A DNA stretch of 64,000 nucleotides, taken from NCBI GenBank assembly GCA_963668175.1, contig OY764159.1, positions 640,001-704,000 of the forward strand, read 5' to 3'. Positions 46,571 through 55,945 of the stretch are shown here, piece by piece. The position numbers were made by a program, and so were the translations under genes. The first letter of the stretch is position 1. Every line of letters starts with the position of its first letter. The DNA comes from Syntrophales bacterium (GTDB lineage Bacteria; Desulfobacterota; Syntrophia; Syntrophales; PHBD01). A model generated the notes under the pieces. It was given only the letters and a program-made list of their open reading frames with translations. It was not told the DNA's origin and did not search any database.

Positions 46571-47475
46571 CAGAGGACAATGAAGCCTTTTTAGAGGCCT
46601 ATTTAAACGCCAGAAGAGGCATGGTCGACGCCGCCTTGAATAAGTATATGCCGGCCGAGGATGCCTATCCGCCGGAGATTTTCAAGGCGATACGCTACAG
46701 CCTGTTTGCGGGCGGCAAGAGGCTGCGCCCGATCCTTTGCCTGGCGGCCGCAGAAGCCGTGGGCGGCGATATCGAAAGAATCATGCCGGTGGCCTGCGCT
46801 TTGGAGTTGATCCACACCTATTCCCTGATACACGACGACCTGCCGGCCATCGACAACGACGATTACAGACGCGGTTTACCGACCAGCCACAAGGTCTTCG
46901 GGGAGGGCATGGCTGTTCTCGCCGGAGATGCCCTGCTTACGGAGGCATTCCATTTGATGTCGCGACAGGATTTGATGGCCGATATCAATCCCTCCCTGCT
47001 TCTGACCGTCATCAATGAAATAGCCGAGGCGGCGGGGTATACAGGCATGGTAGGCGGCCAGGTCGTCGATATGGAGTCGGAAGGGAAGGTTCCCGATTAT
47101 GAAACGCTTCATTATATTCACAGCCGCAAGACCGGGGTCATGATTCTGGCGGCCCTGAAATCGGGAGCAAGGCTTTCCGGCGCCACGGAGGAGGAGATCG
47201 ATGCCCTTTCCGAGTTCGGCCGGAATATCGGTTTGGCCTTTCAGATTGCCGACGACATGCTCAATGTCGACGGCGATCCGATTCTTATGGGCAAGGCGAC
47301 GGGAAGCGATGCGACCCGTGGAAAAATGACCTTTCCGGCCCTGATCGGGGTCGTCGCATCGCATAAAAAAGCATATGAACTCCTGGACATGGCCCTGGCG
47401 GGCATTGCCGGTCTCGATCACAAGGCGGACCCATTGCGTTTAATCGCCTCTTATGTCCTCGAAAGGAGAGCATAA
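46567..47475 (+). CDS. ispA: Farnesyl/geranylgeranyl diphosphate synthase
   Basis: GGKRLRP, HDDLPAIDNDDYRRG, GQVVD, FQIADD. Confidence 0.94.
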   Translation: MTEDNEAFLEAYLNARRGMVDAALNKYMPAEDAYPPEIFKAIRYSLFAGGKRLRPILCLAAAEAVGGDIERIMPVACALELIHTYSLIHDDLPAIDNDDYRRGLPTSHKVFGEGMAVLAGDALLTEAFHLMSRQDLMADINPSLLLTVINEIAEAAGYTGMVGGQVVDMESEGKVPDYETLHYIHSRKTGVMILAALKSGARLSGATEEEIDALSEFGRNIGLAFQIADDMLNVDGDPILMGKATGSDATRGKMTFPALIGVVASHKKAYELLDMALAGIAGLDHKADPLRLIASYVLERRA

Positions 47476-47607
47476 CCGGCGGAGAATTTATACTTGTGCC
47501 ATATCGCCTGCATCACGGTTCGATCTGAACCGGTTCAGGCCTTTCATGCTCAGCAGGCCTGCGACGCGGGAGCGGATAACGGTTATCTTAAAATGGGTGT
47601 GTAAATC

Positions 47608-49503
47608 ATGGAAGAAAAACGCGGCAGTACGCATTTCCTGGACAAGGTCAACGATCCTCGCGACATCAGAACGATGGACACTGCGGCATTGCAGGGGCTT
47701 GCCTCCGAAATCAGGGAGGTCATTCTGGATGTCGTCTCCAAGCACGGGGGGCACCTTGCATCTTCCCTGGGTGCCGTGGAGCTGACGCTGGCGATCCACT
47801 GCGTATTCAATACGCCCCATGATCGCATTGTCTGGGATGTCGGGCATCAGGCCTATGCCCATAAGATCATCACCGGCAGAAAAGATCGCTTCCATACCCT
47901 GCGTCAGAAGGGGGGCATCAGTGGCTTTCCCAAAAGGGAAGAGAGTTCCTACGATGTCTTTAATGTCGGCCACAGCGGCACATCCATCTCTGCGGCAACC
48001 GGCATGGTGGAGGCTTCCTGCCTCAAGAACGAAGACAGGAAGGTTGTCGTGGTCATCGGCGACGGGTCCATGACGTCGGGCATGGCCTACGAGGCGTTGA
48101 ACTGGGCAGGAGACCGCAAGAAGAACATCATTATCATCCTGAACGACAATGAAATGTCCATCTCTCCCAACGTCGGGGCGCTGTCGTCCTATCTCAACTG
48201 CGTCATGACAGGCCAGCGGGCGATGGCTTTCCGCAATGACGTCAAGCATCTCATGAAGCAGATCCCCCGTATCGGGGAGCAGGTGATCCGGTTCACCCGG
48301 CAGCTTGAGGAATCCGTGAAGGCATTGGTCGTCCCCGGGGCTCTTTTTGAAGATCTGGGTTATACCTATGTCGGACCGCTGGAAGGGCACCACCTGAACC
48401 ACCTCATCAGAAACCTGGAAAACGTGAAAAGCCTCAAGGGGCCCGTCCTGGTCCATGTCATCACCAAGAAAGGGAAAGGTTACAGGTTTGCCGAGGAACG
48501 TCCCCTTCTGTTCCACGGTATAGGACCCTTTAATATCGAAACGGGCGAGCCCGTCACCGGAGAAGATCACCCCGTCACTTTCTCACGAATGTTCGGCAAT
48601 ACCGTCACGAAGCTCGCCGGGAGCGACCCTTCTCTCGTCGCCATTTCGGCCGCCATGTGCGAGGGCACCGGGCTGGACGGATTTGCCAAGGCATTCCCCG
48701 ACCGTTTCTTCGATGTGGGCATCGCGGAACAGCACGCCGTAACATTGGCCGCCGGCTTTGCGATCGAAGGGTTCAGGCCGGTTGTCGCGATCTATTCTTC
48801 CTTCCTGCAGCGCGCCTACGACCAGATTCTGCATGACGTCTGCCTGCAGAAACTGCCTGTGACGTTTGCCCTCGACCGGGGCGGACTGGTCGGAGATGAC
48901 GGGCCGACCCACCACGGCGTATTCGATTATTCCTATCTGCGCGCCATTCCGAACATCGTTGTAATGGCGCCCAAGGACGAAAACGAACTGCAGCACATGC
49001 TCAAAACGGCCGTCGACTGCGGGGGTCCTGCCTCGGTCAGGTATCCCCGGGGCAGAGGGGAAGGCATACCCGTTGACGAGACACCCCATGCCCTGGAAAT
49101 CGGCAAGGGAGAAATCCTCGCCGAAGGGGGAGACTTGGCCATTTTGGCCATCGGTTCAGCGGTTTACCCGGCCCTGAACGCGGCGGGCAGGCTCCTCGCA
49201 GAGGGTATCCGTATCCGGGTTATCAACGCCCGTTTCGTCAAGCCGCTGGATAGCGAGCTCCTGTGCGCGACAGCGACCAAGATCAAAAAGATATTGACTG
49301 TCGAAGAGAACGTCCTGATGGGTGGATTCGGCAGTGCCGTTCTGGAACTCTTTGAAGAGCGGGGCATCCATGACGTCATCCTCAAGAGGCTGGGTGTTCG
49401 CGATGCATTTGTCGAACATGCCACACAGGCGGAATTGCGGCGGATGCTTGGCATTGATGAAGAAGGGATCATGGCTGCCGTTCGCCAGATGATAACCGGG
49501 TGA
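47608..49503 (+). CDS. dxs: 1-deoxy-D-xylulose-5-phosphate synthase
   Basis: GGHLASSLG, WDVGHQAY, GDG...NDN, DVGIAEQHA, DGPTHHG. Confidence 0.97.
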   Translation: MEEKRGSTHFLDKVNDPRDIRTMDTAALQGLASEIREVILDVVSKHGGHLASSLGAVELTLAIHCVFNTPHDRIVWDVGHQAYAHKIITGRKDRFHTLRQKGGISGFPKREESSYDVFNVGHSGTSISAATGMVEASCLKNEDRKVVVVIGDGSMTSGMAYEALNWAGDRKKNIIIILNDNEMSISPNVGALSSYLNCVMTGQRAMAFRNDVKHLMKQIPRIGEQVIRFTRQLEESVKALVVPGALFEDLGYTYVGPLEGHHLNHLIRNLENVKSLKGPVLVHVITKKGKGYRFAEERPLLFHGIGPFNIETGEPVTGEDHPVTFSRMFGNTVTKLAGSDPSLVAISAAMCEGTGLDGFAKAFPDRFFDVGIAEQHAVTLAAGFAIEGFRPVVAIYSSFLQRAYDQILHDVCLQKLPVTFALDRGGLVGDDGPTHHGVFDYSYLRAIPNIVVMAPKDENELQHMLKTAVDCGGPASVRYPRGRGEGIPVDETPHALEIGKGEILAEGGDLAILAIGSAVYPALNAAGRLLAEGIRIRVINARFVKPLDSELLCATATKIKKILTVEENVLMGGFGSAVLELFEERGIHDVILKRLGVRDAFVEHATQAELRRMLGIDEEGIMAAVRQMITG

Positions 49504-49510
49504 CGGATTC

Positions 49511-50254
49511 ATGGCCGGAGTTGCCAGATCCAGACTGGACAAGCTGCTGGTGGACAGGGGGCTTTCTCCGTCGCGGGAGAAGGCCCGGGCCTTGATTCTT
49601 GCCGGGTCAGTTATCGTCGGGGAAGCGCGGGTCGACAAGGCAGGGGCGCTTTTTCCGGATGACGTTCCTATCAGAATCAAGGGAGAGGACAATCCCTATG
49701 TCAGCCGCGGCGGTCTGAAATTGAGGTCCGCCCTGGACGTATTCGGGATTTCCGTCGCCGGCTTGATTGCGATGGATGTAGGGGCATCGACGGGCGGGTT
49801 TACCGATTGCCTCCTCCAGGCGGGGGCGGCGAAGGTCTACGCCATTGATGTCGGCTACGGTCAGCTTGCCTGGAAATTGCGCGAAGATTCGCGCGTGGTC
49901 GTTATAGAACGAACAAATATACGTTATTACCAGGGGCAGGATATCGCTGAAACGATCGACCTGGCCACCATCGATGCCTCGTTCATTTCGTTAAAACTGG
50001 TCATTCCCGCCGTGCTGCCGCTCATCGGCGCCGAGGCGTCCCTCATCGCCCTCATCAAACCTCAGTTCGAAGTAGGACGGGAAAACGTACAGAAGCATGG
50101 TGTCGTCAAAGACAGGCATTTGCATGAAAAAGTAGTGAAGGACCTGGGGGATTTCTGTCTGGGGCTGGGGCTGCATGTCTGGAATTCCTGCGAATCGCCG
50201 CTCCTGGGGCCGGCGGGAAACAAGGAATTTTTTATCCATGTAAGCAAGAGATAA
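49511..50254 (+). CDS. tlyA: TlyA family rRNA 2'-O-methyltransferase
   Basis: S4 domain, YVSRGGLKL, DVGASTGGFTD, LIKPQFE, GNKEF. Confidence 0.95.
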   Translation: MAGVARSRLDKLLVDRGLSPSREKARALILAGSVIVGEARVDKAGALFPDDVPIRIKGEDNPYVSRGGLKLRSALDVFGISVAGLIAMDVGASTGGFTDCLLQAGAAKVYAIDVGYGQLAWKLREDSRVVVIERTNIRYYQGQDIAETIDLATIDASFISLKLVIPAVLPLIGAEASLIALIKPQFEVGRENVQKHGVVKDRHLHEKVVKDLGDFCLGLGLHVWNSCESPLLGPAGNKEFFIHVSKR

Positions 50255-50294
50255 CAGGGCGAGATCTGCTCGCTGGAAAGGGCATCCGCAGCGG

Positions 50295-52043
50295 ATGAGT
50301 GTCAAGTTGGCCAAAACGGCGGGGTTTTGCATGGGCGTCAAGCGCGCCGTCGATATTGTGCTGGAAATGGCACAAAAGAAAGGCGGCAAGACGTTCTATA
50401 CCTTCGGTCCGCTTATCCACAACCCTCAAACTATCCAACTTCTGGAGAAAAGGGGAATTGTACCCGTACGCCATGTGGACGATATCGAGAAGGGGGACAA
50501 GGATGCGACCATCGTCATCAGGGCCCACGGCATATCCCCGGAAGAGCGGAGAAGGATCAAGGAGAGAAACATCCGGATCATCGACGCGACATGTCCTAAA
50601 GTGGCCCATGTCCAGGCAATCATAAAGAAACATGCTAAACAAGGCTGCCATATCGTCATCGTCGGCGACCCCGAGCATCCTGAGGTCAACGGCCTGCTCG
50701 GATACGCCGGGGGAAGGGGCAGCGTCGTCTGTTGCGACCGCGACGTGGACATTTTAAACGGACTGGACCGGGTTTGCGTTGTGGCCCAAACGACCCAGAA
50801 CCAGGAAGACTATGCCCGCATTGTCGCCCTGATCAAAGCAAAATTTCCCGAGACGGTCGTTTTCGATACCATTTGCGATTCGACGGAGAAGAGGCAGACC
50901 GAAGTGCGGGAATTGTCTTCCGAGATGGACGTTATGGTCATTGTCGGCGGCAGAAACAGCGCCAATACCATGAGGTTGGCAATGCTTTCCGAAGCGGGGG
51001 GCACTCCGACCTATCATATCGAGACGGTGGATGAGCTGAAACAGATCCAGCTTAATCACGGCGACCGGATAGGTATATCGGCCGGGGCATCCACGCCCAA
51101 TTGGATTATCGACCGCGTCGTAGAATATGTAAAACTGGTCCAGGGCCAAAACCGGGTTCGATTTTCAAGACTCCGCCATTTCTGGGCATTCAGCGTCATG
51201 ACCGACATCTATGCTTCGGTGGGGGCCGGGTGCCTGGCCTTCGCCAGTATGCTTCTCCAAAAATTCCCCGTGGATATGGTGCCGATTATAACGACCGCGC
51301 TGTTCGTCTTTTCCATGCATACGTTCAATCGTGTCATCAACCCCAGAACAAGCAGCATTCTCGGTTCTTTCCGGGAAGAGACCTATCAGAGATATACCCG
51401 TCTCTACACGGTCCTGGCCATGGCCTTTATGATGGCGGCACTGATCCTGTCGTTGTCGGCGGGGCTGGCGCCGTTTATTCTGCTGTTATGCATCTCCGTT
51501 TTGGGCGTGTTGTATAACACCAAGATCATGCCGGCAAGTTGGCGATTTGAAAGTCTGAAAGACCTGCCGGGCTCGAAAAATGTTTTCATGGCGGCCGCCT
51601 GGGCGCTGGTTGCCGTCATCCTACCCCAGATGACGTCCTTCAACCTTTTCAAACCCGGGATGATAGTTGCCTTTTTATTCATCTTTTCCGTCGTCTTCAT
51701 CCGGTCGGCCATGTCGGATATGCTCGATATCCAGAGCGACAAACTCATCGGTCGTGAGACCATCCCCGTTCTTATCGGGAAGGGGAATACGCAAAAACTG
51801 CTCAAGGGCATGTGGGGTGTTATGTTCGTCATCCTCTTGATTTCGCACCCCCTCGGCTGGGCGTCTTCGGTAAATTATGCCTTGTTAACCTGCCTATTTT
51901 ATATATGGATTTGTTTGAAACTTTGTGATAGAAGGACGGGGCTTTCCGGGGTCGCCCTGGAAGGGATTCTTGAAACCAGCTATCTCATAGCAGGGATAAG
52001 TGCGTTCTTTTGGCTGTTGTGGTTACATATCGCCGGATCATAG
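50295..52043 (+). CDS. ispH: 4-hydroxy-3-methylbut-2-enyl diphosphate reductase fused to a C-terminal UbiA-like membrane domain
   Basis: AGFCMGV, IHN, AHG, DATCP, HPEV, QTT, TIC, SANT, AGASTP; then about 290 aa of TM helices with DMLDIQSDKLIGRETIP. Confidence 0.92.
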   Translation: MSVKLAKTAGFCMGVKRAVDIVLEMAQKKGGKTFYTFGPLIHNPQTIQLLEKRGIVPVRHVDDIEKGDKDATIVIRAHGISPEERRRIKERNIRIIDATCPKVAHVQAIIKKHAKQGCHIVIVGDPEHPEVNGLLGYAGGRGSVVCCDRDVDILNGLDRVCVVAQTTQNQEDYARIVALIKAKFPETVVFDTICDSTEKRQTEVRELSSEMDVMVIVGGRNSANTMRLAMLSEAGGTPTYHIETVDELKQIQLNHGDRIGISAGASTPNWIIDRVVEYVKLVQGQNRVRFSRLRHFWAFSVMTDIYASVGAGCLAFASMLLQKFPVDMVPIITTALFVFSMHTFNRVINPRTSSILGSFREETYQRYTRLYTVLAMAFMMAALILSLSAGLAPFILLLCISVLGVLYNTKIMPASWRFESLKDLPGSKNVFMAAAWALVAVILPQMTSFNLFKPGMIVAFLFIFSVVFIRSAMSDMLDIQSDKLIGRETIPVLIGKGNTQKLLKGMWGVMFVILLISHPLGWASSVNYALLTCLFYIWICLKLCDRRTGLSGVALEGILETSYLIAGISAFFWLLWLHIAGS

Positions 52044-52072
52044 TATCGAGTGCCGGGGAGGCATCATTAAGA

Positions 52073-52660
52073 ATGAAAAAATTACGGGTGCACTTGTTCC
52101 TTGCCATTGCGGTCGTAATTCTGTCGGGATGCAGTGGCCTGCGTTATACCGAATTTTCGCCCGAAGCCAAAAATTTCCATCCCAAGACTATCGGCATTCT
52201 TCCCGTCGATGTAGGCAAAAACGAAGAAGCCCGGGGGGTTATTGACAAAATCGTAGTCGATGCTTTACATAGGAAGAAATGGTTTGATAAAGTCGTGTCT
52301 CCCGACGACGTCAAACAGAGGATGACGGCCGATGAGGGGCTGCATAAGGGCATCGACCAATATCAGTCCAAACTCAATCTGCTGAATTTCTCCGATCCCC
52401 AGTTGAGTCAGAAGATCGGGGAAACATTCGGCGTGGAAGCGATACTTATGGTACGCGTCGATTATTGGCTTTATACGAAGGACAAGGGCGACGACATTGC
52501 CAAAGCGGGTTTGGATATGAAACTTGTCGATACCGGAAACGGCCGTCTAATATGGAGAGCGGGCCATCATATAGACAAGAGTTATACATTGTTTAAGCCG
52601 GCGATTCCCGACGTGGCGCAGGATGTTGCACGAAAAATGATTTCAGATTTGCCCCATTAA
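52073..52660 (+). CDS. Lipoprotein (DUF799/CsgG-LpoB-like fold suspected)
   Basis: Lipobox LSGC; IGILP, GVEAIL, KLVDTGNGRLIW. Confidence 0.78.
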   Translation: MKKLRVHLFLAIAVVILSGCSGLRYTEFSPEAKNFHPKTIGILPVDVGKNEEARGVIDKIVVDALHRKKWFDKVVSPDDVKQRMTADEGLHKGIDQYQSKLNLLNFSDPQLSQKIGETFGVEAILMVRVDYWLYTKDKGDDIAKAGLDMKLVDTGNGRLIWRAGHHIDKSYTLFKPAIPDVAQDVARKMISDLPH

Positions 52661-52818
52661 GGGGAATTGAGGTTGTTCGTCGTGGTGGTGTGAGGCCATA
52701 AGTCGCGACTTTCACCCATGCATTGCAATCGGGCAAGAAACTGCCGAAGGACGGTATGCCGGATGTTTAGGTGCATAGGGCAAGGTACTGGATTTAGAGA
52801 AGAAAGGATCGAAAAACC

Positions 52819-53043
52819 ATGAAAGAATTGGTGCAAAAAGCCATTGACAGGATCCGTCCCAATCTCCAGGCTGATGGAGGAGATGTGGAATTGGTCGATG
52901 TCACGGATGAAGGTGTCGTCAATGTCAGACTGGTTGGGGCTTGTCGAGGGTGTCCCATGTCCCAGATGACCTTGAAACTGGGGATTCAGAAATTTCTGAA
53001 GCAGGAAGTCCCTGGGGTTAAAGAAGTCGTTTCCGTACCATAA
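52819..53043 (+). CDS. NifU C-terminal domain (Nfu) FeS carrier
   Basis: [21 protein letters not shown]. Confidence 0.93.
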   Translation: MKELVQKAIDRIRPNLQADGGDVELVDVTDEGVVNVRLVGACRGCPMSQMTLKLGIQKFLKQEVPGVKEVVSVP

Positions 53044-53098
53044 GGATATCGTTCTTTATCCATCCGGTATAAAAAATATCAATGAAGGAGAATAAAAA

Positions 53099-53278
53099 AT
53101 GGCATATGTAATTTCAGATGATTGTATTGCTTGCGGCTCCTGTGAGGACGAATGTCCTGTTGAAGCTATCAGCGAGGGTGAAGACAAGTACGTCATCGAT
53201 CCCAAGTTATGCACGGATTGCGGAGCTTGTGCAGATCAATGTCCGGTTGAAGCCATTGTTCCCGGTGACGAGAAATAG
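53099..53278 (+). CDS. 2x[4Fe-4S] clostridial-type ferredoxin (59 aa, not in the ORF track)
   Basis: Manual translation MAYVISDDCIACGSCEDECPVEAISEGEDKYVIDPKLCTDCGACADQCPVEAIVPGDEK; AAGGAG RBS. Confidence 0.96.
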   Translation: MAYVISDDCIACGSCEDECPVEAISEGEDKYVIDPKLCTDCGACADQCPVEAIVPGDEK

Positions 53279-53303
53279 CGTTTCTGAGCAGTAAAACACG
53301 GTG

Positions 53304-53348
53304 GGGGAAACAGCCCGCGGAACAGGGTGTTTCCCCTGTTGATTTTTC
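53304..53348 (+). terminator. Probable intrinsic terminator after the ferredoxin
   Basis: GGGGAAACA(G)CCC / GGGTGTTTCCCC stem followed by a T-rich tail. Confidence 0.55.
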
Positions 53349-53403
53349 ATGAAACGAAGAGGGCCGCGGTGCATAAGACCGCGATGGATCACGGGGCACT
53401 CTG

Positions 53404-54066
53404 ATGGGGGTACTGGTCACTTTTGAAGGTATTGAAGGCTGCGGCAAGACCACCCAGATGGGGATGGCGGCAGCTTTCTTGAGGGATAAATCGTTCAAGA
53501 CCGTGACGACGGAGGAGCCGGGCGGGACGCCGTTAGGCAGGAAAATCAGGGAAATTCTTTTAAACAAATCTTCTTTCGATATCGGAACCGAAGCGGAATT
53601 GCTCCTTTTCCTGGCTGCCCGGGCTCAGCATGTACAGGACGTTATTCTGCCTGCCCTGCATGACGGCTGCTGGGTGCTTTGCGACCGTTTCTCCGATGCG
53701 ACCATCGCCTACCAGGGTTACGGCCGGGGCATTCCGATCGATCAAGTGATCGCCCGGATCAACTGTTTCTCATCGACGGCGTTAAAACCGGATCTCACAT
53801 TTCTGTTCGATCTGCCGGTGGAAAAAGGCCTTGGCCGTGCGATGATGAGAATTGCCGGCAATCAGGGACTGCCGGCGGAGGACCGGTTTGAACGGGAAGC
53901 CTTGGACTTCCACAAGCGGGTGAGGGAGGGGTATCTCGCCTTGTCCAGGAATGAACCGGAACGGTTCCGCGTCATCGACGCATCGGGCGGCATAACGGAG
54001 ATCCAGGAAGAGATACGCATTCACCTTTCTCTATTCAATACGCAACATACAAAAGACAAAGGTTAG
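53404..54066 (+). CDS. tmk: Thymidylate kinase
   Basis: FEGIEGCGKTTQ, EPGGT, CDRF, AYQGYGRG, DRFE. Confidence 0.96.
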   Translation: MGVLVTFEGIEGCGKTTQMGMAAAFLRDKSFKTVTTEEPGGTPLGRKIREILLNKSSFDIGTEAELLLFLAARAQHVQDVILPALHDGCWVLCDRFSDATIAYQGYGRGIPIDQVIARINCFSSTALKPDLTFLFDLPVEKGLGRAMMRIAGNQGLPAEDRFEREALDFHKRVREGYLALSRNEPERFRVIDASGGITEIQEEIRIHLSLFNTQHTKDKG

Positions 54067-54089
54067 TACCTTATCGCCCAGGGGGCAGC

Positions 54090-55061
54090 ATGTCGTTTGC
54101 AAAGGTTTTCGGCCATCAGAAACAGATTGCGATCTTGAAGAGCAGCCTGGAGCGGGACCGGGTTCCCCATGCGTATCTGTTTTTCGGTATGCCGGGTATC
54201 GGTAAACGGACGACGGCCGAGATATTCGCGAGAGCCCTCAACTGCGAAAAAGGAATTGCCGATGCATGCGATGAATGTCCGTCCTGTCGCAAAATGGAGC
54301 ACGGCAACCACCCGGATGTTTTCTTCGTCAGGGCGGACGGTCAATTCATTCGCATCAAAGACATCCGAAATATGCAGGAACAGACCCGTTTTCGGCCTTT
54401 TGCGGGCGGAAGGAGAATTTTTATACTGGTCGACGCCGACAAGATGAACGCGGAAGCGGCCAATGCACTTTTGAAGACCCTTGAAGAACCCTCCCAGGCC
54501 ACGACGCTGATTCTGTTGAGCGCCCGCCACCACTCCCTGCCGCTGACGATTCTGTCGCGATGTCAGCATCTGCGATTCAATCCCTTGCCGCCGGAGACCG
54601 TCGCCTCGTTTTTGCGGAGTCGTCTGTCTATCAGCGAGGAGGACGCTATGCTCCTGGCGGCTTCGTCGGGCGGAAGCATAAGAAAAGCCCTCGACATGAA
54701 TCAGGACGGTTTCCTTAAACCCCGGAATGAAATTGTGGATCAGGTGGTAAAAAGTCATACCAATGATCCTTTGAAGATGTTATCATTTCTGGGCAGTATG
54801 GGGAAAGATAAGCAGGACGTATTGAGCAGGCTTGAAATCTTGAAGATATGCTACCGGGATGCCATGGTGTTCAAGGAAACGGGCGAAATAGGGCTCCTCT
54901 TGAACCAGGACCGCCTGGAATCGATCAAAGATATTGCCGGGAGACTTTCGTCCCATAAAATGTTGGACAATATTAAAAATATAGATGCAACATACCGGGC
55001 CATAGAGCAGAACGCCAATCGATCGCTGGTCTTGGAAGCTTTGGCCTTCAAGCTTGTGTAG
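54090..55061 (+). CDS. holB: DNA polymerase III delta' subunit
   Basis: HAYLFFG, CDECPSC, HPD, AANALLKTLEEP, TILSRC. Confidence 0.95.
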   Translation: MSFAKVFGHQKQIAILKSSLERDRVPHAYLFFGMPGIGKRTTAEIFARALNCEKGIADACDECPSCRKMEHGNHPDVFFVRADGQFIRIKDIRNMQEQTRFRPFAGGRRIFILVDADKMNAEAANALLKTLEEPSQATTLILLSARHHSLPLTILSRCQHLRFNPLPPETVASFLRSRLSISEEDAMLLAASSGGSIRKALDMNQDGFLKPRNEIVDQVVKSHTNDPLKMLSFLGSMGKDKQDVLSRLEILKICYRDAMVFKETGEIGLLLNQDRLESIKDIAGRLSSHKMLDNIKNIDATYRAIEQNANRSLVLEALAFKLV

Positions 55062-55093
55062 CTCTAATTCAGGCAAACGGGGAGACGGGACTG

Positions 55094-55882
55094 TTGAAAA
55101 GAATAGTCGGGGTGAAGTTTAAAAAAGAAGGGAAGATATATCATTTCCACGCCTCCGATCTGCCTCTGCAAAAGGACGATCAGGTCGTGGTCCACACGGA
55201 CAGCGGTCCCGCCCTTGGAGTGGCGGCAACCGACGTGAGCGACGTTCCGGTCGACAAGCTGCCGGCAAATCTGAAAGATGTCTTGCGGGTTGCGACCGAG
55301 GCCGATCTGAAGAACCGGGAGGATATCCATCTCTTGGAGAAGGAATGTGGCCGGTTTTGCGGGGAGCGGATCCGGGAGCGGAATCTGCCGATGAAGCTGA
55401 TCAATGTGGAATGCCTATTTGACCGCAGCAAGGTCATCTTCTATTTTACGGCCGACAACCGGGTCGATTTCCGGGAACTGGTGAAAGACCTTGTTCAGAA
55501 GTTCAAGACCAGGATTGAATTGAGACAGATCGGCGCCCGCCATGAAGCACGGATCGTCAAAGGGATAGCCATTTGCGGGAGGGAAGTCTGTTGTGCCAAC
55601 ATGCTTATGAATCTTGATCGTGTTTCCGTCAAGATGGCCAAAGAACAGTCCATGTCTCTCAATCCGGAGAAAATTTCCGGGTTGTGCGGCCGGTTGATGT
55701 GTTGTCTGGCATTCGAATACGAAACATATGCCGGGATCAAGAAGCATTTGCCGAAATGCGGAAAGATCATTCAGACGGAACAAGGCGCGGGCAAAGTCAT
55801 CAGGCAGAATATCCTGGGCGGAGAGGTTACCGTGGAAATGGAGGACGGTAAGGAAATCACCGTTAAAATGGCTGATCTGTAA
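55094..55882 (+). CDS. PSP1/RicT (YaaT) family protein
   Basis: FYFTADNRVDFRELV, RIELRQIG, CGREVCC, KISGLCGRLMCCL; TTG start. Confidence 0.93.
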   Translation: MKRIVGVKFKKEGKIYHFHASDLPLQKDDQVVVHTDSGPALGVAATDVSDVPVDKLPANLKDVLRVATEADLKNREDIHLLEKECGRFCGERIRERNLPMKLINVECLFDRSKVIFYFTADNRVDFRELVKDLVQKFKTRIELRQIGARHEARIVKGIAICGREVCCANMLMNLDRVSVKMAKEQSMSLNPEKISGLCGRLMCCLAFEYETYAGIKKHLPKCGKIIQTEQGAGKVIRQNILGGEVTVEMEDGKEITVKMADL

Positions 55883-55945
55883 AACCGGAGCCGGTACTAC
55901 CTCCCCTGGCAAGGTCATCACCATTCAGTGCAGAAAGGATCGCTG

